From: Hydrolagus colliei
Taxonomy: Eukaryota
Length of the DNA stretch: 64,000 nt
Assembly (NCBI GenBank): GCA_035084275.1
Contig: CM068749.1
Location: forward strand, 15,810,001-15,874,000
Direction of reading: 5' to 3'
Position numbers and translations under genes: made by a program. A model generated the notes under the pieces. The model saw only the letters and a list, made by a program, of their open reading frames with translations. It was not told the origin of the DNA and did not search any database. Positions 14,301 through 26,570 of this stretch are shown here, in pieces. Numbering within the stretch: the stretch's first letter is position 1; each line of letters opens with the position of its first letter.

Positions 14301-14789
14301 TAAATTAGATGTTCTTATGTCAGAATATGCAGATTACTTTATGCCAATTGCAATCTTCTAACGTGAAAGGTCCAATGTGCTGCTGTTGCTGTAATGTCAC
14401 ATGCCCATTGTTCTGCATTACAAATGGCCTCCTGATCTATACAGCCCGCTCACCCTGATACGTTGCTGCTAAATCTTCAGGAACAATGGAAGTAAAAAAG
14501 CTCCGTGTACAATTTATCCAAAATAACAGATGGTGAGAGTAGAATTGCAGACATGTATTAAGTCCCTCACCGGTTTGGGGCTTGTACGTACACGAGTGGC
14601 TTTGCTGCTCATGCACACAGTGGCCCGAAGCCACCATCTGTTATGTGACGTTTTCATGAAAGTGGAGGGTGCGGGATCAGAAAAATTAATTGGTTAAGTT
14701 GCAAGATGCGTGTCCTGCTAATGACCGCCTGAAAGTTAAACAATGTGATTACTTGTTGGTAAACAAAAAATTATTTTACGGCCGGATGT

Positions 14790-15795
14790 CTTCCCTACAT
14801 TTATCTGGCTCTACGACTACCTTTTGTCATCCGCAGACATGGGGCACATTTCCACACGTATGCGGATGACATCCAACTCTATTTCTCCACTTCACTTTGC
14901 GACCCCTAGTCCCCTGATGTTCTGTCAGCCTGCCTGTCAGACATCAGGAACTGGATGAGCGCAAATTTCTTGCAGCTGAATGTTGTCAAGATGGAGGCCA
15001 TACTCTTTGACTCTCATCAACGTCTCCATTCGCACGGCTCTCACCTCCTCCACCTTCCCGGCCCGCCCCTAAAACTCTCCGAACCTGTGCGCAACCTAGG
15101 CGTCAGGTTCGACGCCAAACTGTCCTTCCTCCCCCACATCTGGTCCCTCATCAGCACCGCCTTCTACCACCTCCGGTGGATCGCCCGTCTCCGGCAATAC
15201 CTCACTCCAAAAGCCGGTGAGACCTTGGTCCATGCCTTTGTCATCTCTCGGCTGGACTACTGCAACACCCTCCTTGCCGGTCTCCCCGCCACCACAATCC
15301 ACAAAATCCAGCTAATTCAAAACTCTGTCGCCCGCATACTCACCCGTACCAAGCTTTGCTCCCCATTAACCCAGTCCTTGCCAGACTTCACTGGCTCCCT
15401 GTCCCTGAGAGGATCGACTTCAAGATCCTCACCCTTGTTTTCAAGTCCCTCCACTCCTCTGCACCCCCCTACCTCTCTGATCTCTCTCCCCAAACCAGCA
15501 CCCGCTGCCTTCGCCCCCTATGTCCCCCGAATCCTCCGCTCCACCATCGGCTGCCGTGTTTTCAGCCACCATGCCCCAAGGCTCTGGAACTCCCTTCCTC
15601 ACTCCCTTTGCCTCGCCCCCTCTCTTCCCAGTTCCAGATCACAAAAGACCTTTCTCTTCAACCGCGCCTTTGGTCACCTTTCTACCCCTGCCCCTGGCTC
15701 GGTCCTGGGATCCACTATTGTGAAGCGCTCTGAGATGCCGCCCGACGTGGAGGGCGCTGTATAAATAGAAGTTGTTGTTGTGGTTGTTGTTGTTT
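14790..15795 (+). mobile_element. 5'-truncated L2 (CR1/L2 clade) LINE, ORF2 RT C-terminal half, inactivated
   Basis: RT motif YADD at 14859-14870 (HFHTYADDIQLY), in frame with ORF 14955 (WMSANFLQLN..K.E, VRNLGVRFD, LVHAFVISRLDYCN..L.GLP, QLIQNS.ARI). In-frame TAG near 14907 and a frameshift near 15355 into LHWLPV..RIDFKIL. 3' stem-loop and (GTT)n tail. Confidence 0.95.
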
Positions 15796-17475
15796 TGGAA
15801 TCAGGAGGGAAGAAATATCACTCCTCAGCAAAGTTCATAAGTTACCCTGAAACCCCCCCTGAAAGATCAAAAACCACCACTATTATTATTTTTACAGGAT
15901 TATTTCTAAATCAGCAGCATAGATTTAATGGTTGTATCTTGGGTTTGGCCACCTTTGAAAGTGATTTTTCTGATGAGACCATTTGTGTCGCATTATGGAA
16001 AGTGCAGGGAGAAGCAGACAAATTGGATTTCACTTTCCTTAGTGTTTGAAATTTGGTGGCAATTAAAATTGACCAGAATGGGATTTACCTGGGACTTTAA
16101 TACAGTTATTAGGTATGAAATATATAACAACTGTATAAATAAAGTGTTTCTACTGTACTTTGCTTTTTTTTTACACACCAAGAGTAGTGGTTAGTTTGAT
16201 ATATTTACATAATTGGCTTTGGTTTTCTTTTCATGTAGCTTTTGCCCAATCTTGCCCCCATACCCCCTTCCCCCTGCATAAACAGTGTACTTTTCCCTCA
16301 AGAGCTTTGGTGCTAGATTAAACTGCTCGAAAATCACTTGGCTCCCAAAACAGCATGAGAGGAGACATAATTGTTTGTGAATGGATTTTCACAGCTGACA
16401 TTAGGTAATGGAGGGAAGAGTGTGGCTGCACCATGGGTGTCTAAAACAATCATTCAAGGCTAAAATATTGTACAAAATACACCCCTCCCCCAGGGCCATT
16501 CATCTACCTTTTTGTTTTGCTGTTAAGCTGTGGGAGGACAGAGTGACAAGCCTCGGCAGCAGGTTGCCACTGCATTTTGAATATTGTAATTTTAATAAAC
16601 CAGCGGAGGTTTCACTTTTGCTGCCAAACTGGAGAGGCTGTTTTAAAGCCTATGGGTTTAATGGAAATGAAATCAGTTTTTCATCTGCAGGAAACCAACT
16701 ATCCTCCGAGGAAATGATCAAAGACCCTGAGAGAAAGTATTGGAACAAAGGGCTTTCTGGGGTCTAATGTGTAATGAAGTAGGTGGGAAAAATGTCAGCA
16801 AAGATGGTAGATTGCATTTCAGCTAACTGTCTGTCAGCAGACAGGGATTTAAAATAGACTCAAGCAGCAGTTGATGAGATTATCCAGGTATCCTCAATAG
16901 ATGTGTGAATCAATAGCCTGCTCTGCATTTACTCTGAAAGAAGAATTTGTATGAATGAAGTGTAGCCGGTTGGCATTAATTTGTGATTCAACCCAGTGGC
17001 CTTACCAATCATGTGTGCATAGAAGAATGAGTGTGGGGAGGTCAGAGGTTGGACTTTGGATCTTGGGCAGCTGGTCCCTTGGGGCCGAACTGGTGTGAAA
17101 GGGAATTTGCTTTGCTTTACTATATTATGACCATCACTGGTTTGTCAAAATACATTAAGATTCATTTTAATTTGGAATGAGTTTTTAATGCTTGTTTTTT
17201 TCCCATCACTTGTCTGACACTGACTGCTGTTATCTCATATTATTATACATAAGCATGAAGTGAGAGTTTTATGACTGGCAACAATAGAAAACAATCCTGT
17301 GAACAGAGAGTATTAACTCTCTAAAAAAAACTTAAGATATGCTTTGTAACATTTGCCTTTTTCATTTTAGGATTAATTCTGTGAAGCAAAGTGGGATTAA
17401 TGTTTGCTATTACATTTAACTATTTCATCCCAATGCATCTGATGTTTATATCTATCCATTTACCTTGAGAATAGA

Positions 17476-17705
17476 TTGCTTCTCTACTCCCATTGCCAGC
17501 CTCCTCGCTCCACCCCCCATCAGCTCCAAATCATCCAAAACTCCACAGTCTTTATTTGCACCAGCAACAGTCTCCACTCAACCATAAACCACAACCTGGC
17601 TAAGTGTCACTCACTGCCATTACCCTGGCGGATTGACTGTAAGATCTTTGCCATGATATTCACATTCCTTTACAATCTCGCTCTGTATATGACCTCCTCC
17701 TACCC
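17476..17705 (+). mobile_element. Old degraded L2 ORF2 fragment
   Basis: Translation LQIIQNS...TINHNLAKCHSLPLPWRIDCKI aligns to LQAIQNSAAR..HITPTLARLHWLPI..RIEFKI of the 29475 copy. Confidence 0.75.
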
Positions 17706-18136
17706 ATACCCACTGTTCAGACTTTGCTGTATGCACAGGATGTTGTAGCTGATACTCAATCAATTGAATTTTTTTATATCTTTACATGATGTTTTAATCA
17801 CGTGGTATGTTTTTGTAAGCCCCCACTAGAGCATAAAAAATCTTAATCAGCCTTATAATAAACAATGGCTGATCATCACTTCTGCATCTTGGACATGAGT
17901 GTGGGGAGGTCAGAGGTTGGATGTATTGTACTTGTACTAAACCTGTCCTGATTTCCAGTCTATCAGAACGATTTTGCAGAATGCAGTTTCTTTTAGTGTG
18001 AGGGAAGCAATTGCGGTTCTGCAGGATACCTGCCATGAGAATAAATCTATGTTATAATGAAATGCGTTATATTATTTATCTTGAAATGTTTGTTTACTTA
18101 CCTTTGAAATGTTGTTATGCTCATTGTATAACCACT

Positions 18137-18492
18137 GAGTCCTGTAGCTCAGTGGTTAGAGCACTCACCTCGCAAACGAGACACCTGGGTTTGATTCCCA
18201 ACCACGCAAAATGTTTCCTTACTCCACACGCCTCTGTTTACTTAGCAGTAAGTAGAAACCTGGGTGTTAGTTGATTGGCAGATCACTTTTTCGAAGGTTA
18301 TAATTCCTTCAAAAAAAATAAATAAATTGGTCACTCAATCCATGACTATTTGTGGAACACTATTGTGCACAATGGCTGCCATGTTTAGCCCACAATATAA
18401 TTGATTTTACCGAATATTCTGTGATGCTCTTTGAGGCATTTCAAAGACGTGATAAGGAACTATATCAAATGCAAAGATAATTTGTTATTATT
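18137..18492 (+). mobile_element. Full-length tRNA-derived SINE (long subfamily, GATAAGG tail)
   Basis: Pol III A box TAGCTCAGTGG (18145-18155), B box GGTTTGATTCC (18188-18198), extra internal block gcctctgtttacttagcagtaagtag, SINE body and L2-like tail. Confidence 0.92.
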
Positions 18493-18885
18493 GCAAATGC
18501 AATGACGTTGTAACAAGATCAAGAAAACTGATTTTTAAAACTTTTGATGACACCAAATTTCTGTTGTCTAGTTTTGTTGCCGAAAACTACGTTTGTCAGC
18601 AATTGCAATATTTTATTATTTATAATATGTACTGGCCCAGAGAATTCAACTGCAAATTATTTATTGATAAACCTGCAGGTAATGATATTATGTTTCCTAA
18701 TCCTTTCTTCGGAATATTGTCAAGCACCACTGACACAGAGCACTCAGTGCTTATACTGAGCATCACAGTGGATACCAAAGAAACCCAGATAAACTCATCC
18801 CAGCAAATTAATAGTAAACGCTAACAACACCATACAATATTTTCAATCCTGTAATCTACTGCCAGGTTCAGGGGCTCTCTTAATT

Positions 18886-18954
18886 CAGCGCCTTGGGACG
18901 TCCTCCCGACATGAAAGGCGCTCTATAAATGTAAATTGTTGTTGTTGTTGTTGT
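18886..18954 (+). mobile_element. L2 extreme 3' end only (stem-loop + (GTT)n)
   Basis: agcgccttgggacgtcctcccgacatgaaaggcgctctataaatgtaaattgttgttg, nearly identical to about 30259-30324. Confidence 0.9.
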
Positions 18955-19104
18955 GATTTCCAATGTGATTTGAATTGGATTTGTATGATAATTGCATTGA
19001 AATTGTGAGAGTCGCTGTTACCAATGAATTCTAGATATTTGCTGCTGATACTCAGAATTGGAATTCCCTGAACTTCATTTGGAAGGGGAGGGAACTCATC
19101 CATA

Positions 19105-19209
19105 AAAATGTACAGCCACTATGCTTTACAGTATATTCTGTGAAGCGCTTTGAGATGTCTCAAAGACCTAAGAAGGTGCTATATCAATGCAAGGATTATT
19201 ACTATATTA
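19105..19209 (+). mobile_element. SINE 3' fragment
   Basis: ctttacagtatattctgtgaagcgctttgagatgtctcaaagacc...gctatatcaatgcaaggattatt. Confidence 0.85.
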
Positions 19210-19679
19210 CAATTTAGAAAGTAAGTGATTTAGTTGGAACTGAGACCAGCATCAAACCATAATTCTAAAGAGTTGACCACATCCCATCCGGCATTTGTAA
19301 GTTAGGAATCCTGTAAATTAGACTCCAGTGCCTGCCCAATATCCTTTACTCCATGTTATTTGACCACACAATTCAAGGTACAGAATGCTCTGGCTTTTAA
19401 ACTGGTACAAATGTCTATGATTCGAAGATTGGGAAGATTACCATTCTAGTGCATTATTAAAATGAATGAAACTTATTGCATCATTTGTTTTCTACCATAT
19501 TTACGCCTCTGCTCTGTGGGTGCTGCTTTATACTTTAGTCGATTCTGTATAGGTGACTGTAAGGAACTTTGCTTATATCAACCTGGCAGGCTATTTACCC
19601 ATGGAAGTAGTGCCACCATAGCCAAGCAAAATGCTTTCTTCACCAAAAGTCTACTTCTGTGGATTCTCATAAGAAGTCA

Positions 19680-19805
19680 CCAGATAGTAATCAGGAGCGA
19701 GACCCTGAAGGGCTGAAGCTAATTGGAAAGCCACAACTGCTGCCAAGCTGTGATCAGTTGATTTGTGGATTGAATTTGTGACCTTCCTGATCTGTGTTTC
19801 AATGT
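19680..19805 (-). mobile_element. Ancient diverged SINE-like repeat (tentatively AmnSINE2-like)
   Basis: Reverse complement reads acagatcaggaaggtcac...ctgatcacagc...ccaattagcttcagc...cagggtctcgctcctgat, sharing motifs with copies at 32380, 38491, 46020 and 49390. Family name is from recollection only. Confidence 0.5.
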
Positions 19806-21327
19806 AATTGTGAACTGAAATCAACAGAGGAACATTATACTGCTTTTATGGGCAATAATTTATACTCAGGGACTTTGGATACCTTGTTTATGCTGAGACT
19901 GTCATAATCCATTTTGCGTTGTGTGTGGAATATTTGAAGCCGCAATAAATTGCTGATGACTTTTACAAATGCAACACGTGATTGTGTAAGGTCTTTGAAA
20001 TTTGAATTTAGCTAAAAAAATGGTAGGCTGTGAGGGAGGTGCAATAATACAATACAAGCAAGGAATGGGAAGCGCACTTGGGGGAGACATCACAGTGAGT
20101 GAGGAGAAAACAGGAAATGTAGAAAGATCAATGCAGATGAGATTCGAGTCATAATGGTGCCATTTTAGGCTGGCACACATTTGCGTTTTTTACAAATCAG
20201 CACATCCCTGAGACACACAGCAATGAGCCTGTGAACACTGCTGCTGACTAAAACAGGTTGGACTGAGTTGTATCTCCCTTTGGCCACATTACGAATGGGT
20301 AGAGGGAAACTGCTGCTTCATTTTGCTTTTGCTGGTCAGCAGAACAGTACCTATAGGAAGCTTGACCTTTGGTCCCAGAGCTGGTAAGCATAGTCTGGTC
20401 GACGCCACTTGAACATGTCAGATGAATTTCTCACAGATTGTGTGCTCTTCTCACTGTGCTACAGGACAAGATGCCACAAGTGCTGACCCCAATTAATAAC
20501 ATATTGAAACTTATCTCTCAGGAATATTCCATGACTAAGTCACATAAAAATTATTTCCTCTTCTGTGAAATAATAGGTCCATTGTGTCCCTGAATAGCTT
20601 TATAATAAGACATTGATTCCCTGACACAGAATAACTATTATTTCAAAGAAATTAAGAGAGATTCAAGCAATGCTTATTATTAGGTTATTCTTTTGCAGTA
20701 ATGCAAAGTAAAATTAGGTAAATTACAGATAATATTGAATTGACATTGAAGTAAATACACTTCATTTTATGTTTTTCCGTGACTTAGGATGCCGGGGTAC
20801 ACAGGAAGGTTGAAATTGAGGTTAAGTCAGCGGCTATTCAATATTTTAGTTTGAACCTTCTTCCAGACTTTAATTAGACTGATTACCTGTTATGCATGGC
20901 CTAGTGTTCTGAACAGTTTAAAACTGGTGTATCCTCAAGGCAAATGGAAGAGAAAGTCAAGATGAATTACATGCTGCACGAATAACAGCGAATGTTCTGC
21001 TAATGGCTTTGGCCAAAATGAAATCCTCCCAAGCAGAATACCATTTAATTTTTAACTTGATTGAGTACAAAAAGGGTTTGTTAAATATTTAGAGACTTCA
21101 CAATTCCTATTTGTGTTCCCAGGACCACCTTTGTGTGTTTGTGAAAGGAAAACAAGACGAGTAGACTGTGCTGGATATGTTCTGTAATGTACTCAGGAGA
21201 CAAACGTTAACATGTGTTTTACTGATGGCATTCTTGAAGCTAAAGTTTGTGCCTTCTACCACCTCTTGGGAAGGGTCAAAGTGCCAGTGCATCTTAAAAA
21301 AAAGTAATTATTGTGCAAATTAAGACC

Positions 21328-21990
21328 AAAACAACATAGAGCATAGAGCACCTTTCATATCGGGAGGACATCCCAAGGTGCTGAACAGTCAGGGGTCGGG
21401 ATCCGAGCACGGGGGAGGAGCAGGGGAGGGGAGCGGGCGTGGTGGGAGAGCGACAGAAGGCACGATCGAACAGGAGAGTCTTGAGACTGGCCTTGAAAGA
21501 GGCAAGGGAGGAAGCAAGGCAAAGGGACTGTGAGATAGAGTTCCAAAGTATTGGGGAAGAGAGGCTGAAAGCCCGGCCACTGATGGTGGGAGACATGGAG
21601 CAGACGGGAGCCTGCTGAACGGAGGGGAACGACAGCTTGAAAGGGCGTCAACAACTCGGTGAGATAGGAAGGGGCAAGGCCGTGGATAGCTTTAAAAGTG
21701 AGGAAGAGGATCTTGAATTTGGTCCTCTGGCAGACACAAAGTTGAGACGGTGTGAAAGATAAGACTTGAACCAGTCAAGGACAGAACCTTGAAGGTGTAG
21801 GTGAGATGAGAGGCAGTGGAGGAGGATCAAATGTCCATGGTATTGAAGGCGGAGGATAGGTCGAGGAGGATGAGGAGGCAGAGGGGAACCCTGGTCACAA
21901 ATGGTCAGGATATCATTTCTGGCTTTGAAAGGAGCAGTTTCCATGCTGTAGGCAGTGCGGAAGCTGGATTGGAGGGGATCATGGAGGCTA
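21328..21990 (-). mobile_element. L2 LINE fragment with internal deletion
   Basis: Minus strand encodes the RT N-terminal part (LHDPLQSSFRTAYSMETA..NDI..D.G; VLDWFKSYLS.R), then jumps to the C-terminus (FKIL..FKAIHGLAPSYL; PTISGRAFS..LWNS..SFKASLKTLLFDRAF) and the L2 tail stem-loop. Confidence 0.92.
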
Positions 21991-22502
21991 TCTAAGGAGC
22001 AGTTAAAAAATGATATCCTGCATCTGCATCTCACACGCTCAAGAAATATATATCTTGCTGGAATTATTTCAAAGCAATCCATTGTATGAAAGGGACTGGG
22101 CCATCTGAACAGTATCACAACTCAAGTATTATATTTTGTAGCTTTTAAAATAAGAAACATTTTCCCTTCCTTATAATGTCAATGTGCCAATCTCCCACTA
22201 TGGAGCTCCAGGTTGACACCCAACCTCTGTCTAAACTGCTGTGAAATAAATTTGTCTTTCTACCGTTTACATGGTTCAAAACTGTACAGTGAGCACAGAC
22301 AAATGCAAGAGGAGTGAGAACCTGTATTTCATTCTGAGATTTACTTTACGTTATTACTGTAAGGTAATTATCTCAACCTTATTGCTGTAAGGCTTCTATG
22401 GAAGCTAATTAGGTAAATTAACATCTGCCTAAAAACAAAACAAACTTGGTTGTTTGGCTTCTATTGAAACACACAATCAATACCATTTAAAATGTATCTA
22501 TT

Positions 22503-22570
22503 TAAGCACTTTGAGACATTCATTCATGAAAGGCACTCTACCCAAATTGTATAAGGATAATTATTATTAT
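22503..22570 (+). mobile_element. SINE/L2 tail remnant
   Basis: aagcactttgagacat...catgaaaggcact...aaggataattattattat. Confidence 0.6.
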
Positions 22571-22702
22571 ACTGTATGTTAGAAATTTCCAGGCACCCAA
22601 GTCAAAAGCTACATTCTTCAATTTATAACCAGAGGGAAACCTAACCTGAATGGAGCCACTCTTGAGATTCAGATGAGTGATTTATGGAGGCTTGTCCTCC
22701 AT

Positions 22703-22751
22703 CACTTTGAAATGTCTTTGCATGAAAGGGGCTATATAAATGTAAGTTGTT
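22703..22751 (+). mobile_element. L2 tail remnant
   Basis: cactttgaaatgtc..catgaaaggggctatataaatgtaagttgtt. Confidence 0.6.
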
Positions 22752-22920
22752 TTCTTTCAGTGTCTGTGAGGTAACCCCTGATATCTCCTGGGAACTCACT
22801 CACAGTGACACAGTAAGAATGAGGACTCAGTATGTGGGCAATTGTAGGCTCAACACTCTATGTCATAAAGCTGTTCCTTGATGTTTTTGACAGCATGACT
22901 GTTCCACCCTTCTCATCCCC

Positions 22921-22978
22921 ACACTCACACACACACACACACAACGCACACACACACACACACACACATACATACATA
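22921..22978. repeat. (CA)n / (CATA)n microsatellite
   Basis: Directly visible interrupted CA repeat. Confidence 0.95.
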
Positions 22979-23484
22979 ATCACATATTAATACATGTAGG
23001 TTTATTGACTGAACTACAAGTACAAGTGCAACTCCAGTACAAATCGAAAGGCAGACTAGAAATCTTGATTCTTGACTCTCTTGAGTATAAAATAAAAGCC
23101 TGTTAATGTTTTGATCGGAAAATCAATCTTTCCCCATTCCTTACAAAGCAATCGACTCCTCTATTCTGGATATGTGGGTTTTCAAGTAGTTAACACGTCA
23201 TTTTATGACTGATAACCCAGCCAAGGGATCTGATGTCCAGAGATTTATCTTCTCCTCCACACTCAACTCACACAACAATACACACAACAGCCAACAGCAC
23301 ATTCCATTATCATCACATCAACATATTTGCCACAATAGAAGTCTTCATTCTCCTAGTTTTTCTAGTCAGTTTCAAATCTTTCATTTTCATTTGAGAAACA
23401 TTATAATGGAAGTGTGATTTTGATTAGTAATCAGTCATTCAGATCAGCCTTGGGCTAATTTTGTTCAGTTTCTCTTAAGCAAAG

Positions 23485-23594
23485 CATTTCTGTCAATCAA
23501 CATTGGTGCTGTATTCAATTGGGACTTTTACCTATTTTGGATGGGATGTGGATTCATGTACATTTATATGACCAAGTGAATGCTTTTGAGGGTC
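23485..23594 (+). repeat. 110-bp direct repeat, copy 1
   Basis: Ungapped match to 25398-25507 with 10 mismatches counted by eye (about 91%). Confidence 0.9.
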
Positions 23595-25397
23595 TGACCA
23601 CTGCATAGTGTTAATAAAAAGATTTCATGCCAAAAACAGAACATTTCACTTTAAAGGAGAACAATAATTTCTGAGAAAAATTTAATGGGTCTTCACAAAC
23701 AGTAAAGCATTACAAAATCACTTATACCCAGAGTGAAATAATTTAAAACCCCCAAAGACAATCTCTATTTTTCTTTCTGATGATATTATTCTCCAACTTT
23801 CTCTCTCCCTGCCTCTATTCTGAACATGTTTGACTCTTATGGTTCAATATGCACCTGGTATTTAATTGGTATGTTAAATGGACTCGGCATTTAATTATTT
23901 TTTACTTTAATAAATGGCTAAAGTCTCAGCTTCAATAGGGCAAGATGCCATTTTTCATCTCGACAGTCGACACCTTTGTTGTTGAAAACAAAAGCACATC
24001 TGTCTCAAACTTTCTTATGGGCTGGCAGGATATCCCTATTCACTTCATTGCCAGTGGGAAGCATAATTTCTAACCTGATTCCCAGTAAAAAATCAATTTT
24101 ATTAAAATAATTGGCCCAATCCAGCCAGTGGGAAACACCAATAACTATTTTCTGCTTGCAGCAATGTGTAAGTCCCCTTCAGGATGATGTAGCTCCCAAG
24201 TACATCAACGGCAGCATGTAATGATGAAGCATAAGAAAATGTATCAAGCATCAAGTTGTGTTTCGTTACTTCTAATGCCTTTGGCACTGAATGTCATTAG
24301 CCTACGTAAGATTGGCCCAATCTATTTGGTTGGGGGGCGGTGGGGGGCAAGGTTAGTGATGAGAATTCATTCAGGTAAATGTTTCATCCTTGGTGTGCTT
24401 TCCTGGGTTTCATCCCAGGTTTATATGCTGTCAGAGTGGTTTGGATAAAACATTTTACTCCATGTTTGAAGAAATGTATCCCAGACTGTGGTTTGATTTT
24501 TTAATTCCAATGTTTCCCACATTATATCTTTGCACTCAAGGTGTAAATGAGCACTTTATTGCAGAATGAACCTGCATGATTTCATTTGATTTCAGCAAGA
24601 AAATATCAGTTGATTCCATATCTACTCAATGCATGTAAGCAGAATAGTGCTGGAAGATGGAAATTTGTTTTGCTTGTCCCCATGGTGTGGTGTTATATGA
24701 TGCCAAATTTCACTATCTCACAGATTGAAATCAACAGTTTATTTCTAAGCTCTGATGCTTATAAGTAACATAAATTGTATTTTAGCATTGCTACCTCCCA
24801 GAAGAATATTATCTAAACAAGAACATGGAGACATTATTCAACATTTGAAGGTTAATAGAAACAGAAGTGCAAATGTCAGAATGTATCATGAAAGATAAAA
24901 TGCTTACTGGAGTGTGCAAAGAGCAGTCTGTTTCCTGATAATGTTACCTTCACGATGCATTCAGGTTACGAATCTGTCTTTTACTTTGGTTACTTGTTCT
25001 CCTGACATACTTATTGAACATCTTCTGTTATGTGTTTTTATTGAAGGCAGCAAACTAAGGAATCAGATAGTTCAGTAAATGTTTCTAACATAATATTATG
25101 CATCTTCGAATTGACCCTTGAATCTGGATTCTGATTCAATAGATCACATTGCTCTGTTATACAATCAGAATGGGTGAGATCAATATTAAAGTGAAAACCA
25201 AAAGATCCGGAGATGTCACTTTCAAATCACTTCCTAATTATGCAAAGATCAGCGAGTTTGGAGCATTTTAGGTTTGGGTTATGCCATTATATCTGGGAGG
25301 CACTCGTAACCCCTTGACATAAAATTTGGTATTTTATCAGTCTCATACTCAAGTGGTATCATTGACTGTCATTTGGCAATCTAACCATCAGTCCAAT

Positions 25398-25507
25398 CAT
25401 TTCTGTCAACCAACATTGGTGCTGCATTCAATGGAGACTTTTACCTATTTTGGATAAGATGTGGATTCATGTAAATTTACATGACCAAGTGAATACTTTT
25501 GAAGGTC
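25398..25507 (+). repeat. 110-bp direct repeat, copy 2
   Basis: See 23485-23594. Confidence 0.9.
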
Positions 25508-26474
25508 CAATCAATCCAATCCAATCATGTCCTCACAAGGATCGTAGGAGCAAATTGCTTTGTTAATGTTTCTCACCCTCGACCAGAGATATCATAGTCC
25601 ATTATGGCACCCATACCTAAGAAGAATTCATACATCATAGGCTGTAATGTTCTGGTCTGTATTGCTTAGTCCAAACCTTTGCAGTCCTCTCACCCATTTT
25701 TGAGCTGTGAGATAACAGCTAAATCTTCCATTATCTTTCAGACGAGAAAGAGAGTCAGCACGAGAATAGGTTCCAATTATTTTGGCATCAGTCTAGATTT
25801 TTTCTGTTTGTGTGTGAAGTGAATGTATTATTTTTATTGGAGCTTCACGTGTAAGCTTGGCTGACTTGAGACGGGTTTGATGAATAAAAGGGTTGGCCCG
25901 CGGCCCCACATTCTCATTTTTTTTACACTTGGAGAGTAAAGAAAGTATTTTTGTTTTCTTTTCTTAACAGAGAGAAAAAATATTGTAGGGGGTTCTGAGG
26001 AATTGGCATGAATGCCTCTTCATTTGCCTTTGAGAACTTCCATATTTCTCTTGCATTTTCCCTTGGGCTCACTCAGAATAGTGCAGCCACTGTTGTAACA
26101 CCTGTGTGATATTCAGAGTCTGTCCCACATGTCTACCTGTCTGCCTCACATGAATGACTGTATACACTTGCTTTTCAAAAAAATATGGATACATATCTGC
26201 TTGAGAACAGTGTTTGAGAATAGGGGGTTAGTCACACACTGAAATGCACATATACTTTGTAGGGCTTATTGATTTCTGTGCCGCTTTAGGAGGGAAGGGA
26301 ATATTGTCTGTGGGATGAGGTCAGAACGCAGAGATCTGGGATTGTTGAATATTCGCAATGTTTTATTTGTCTTTTAAGGTTTGGGAAATAGCATTTTGGT
26401 GAAATTTGTGCCCCAGAGTGAGTACATTTTAGAAATCAAGTATCAGTATCAAGACTATCAACCACTCCCCAGTG

Positions 26475-26570
26475 ATATACAGAATAGTTAGATGCAGGTT
26501 TTAGCTCCCTTTATTCTGACACAACAATGCTCCTCAGCCCCAACCACAGAAGAGTATTGCTTCTTGTAGC
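26475..26570 (-). mobile_element. Possible LF-SINE-like ancient SINE remnant
   Basis: ttagatgcaggttttagctccctttattctgacacaacaatgctcctcagccccaacc resembles the reverse complement of the LF-SINE 3' region as I recall it; unverified. Confidence 0.3.

Noticed and set aside
14481-14532. 52-nt exon (TMEVKKLRVQFIQNNR) with GTGAGA donor
   Set aside because: Weak pyrimidine tract, frame-shifting length, unrecognised peptide; the donor overlaps the E-box repeat.
15970-16005. Hammerhead-like CTGATGA-GAC..GTC
   Set aside because: GAAA does not directly follow stem II.
18137-18200. tRNA gene (also 53047, 57856, 60019)
   Set aside because: A and B boxes continue into SINE bodies and tails; no complete cloverleaf or acceptor stem.
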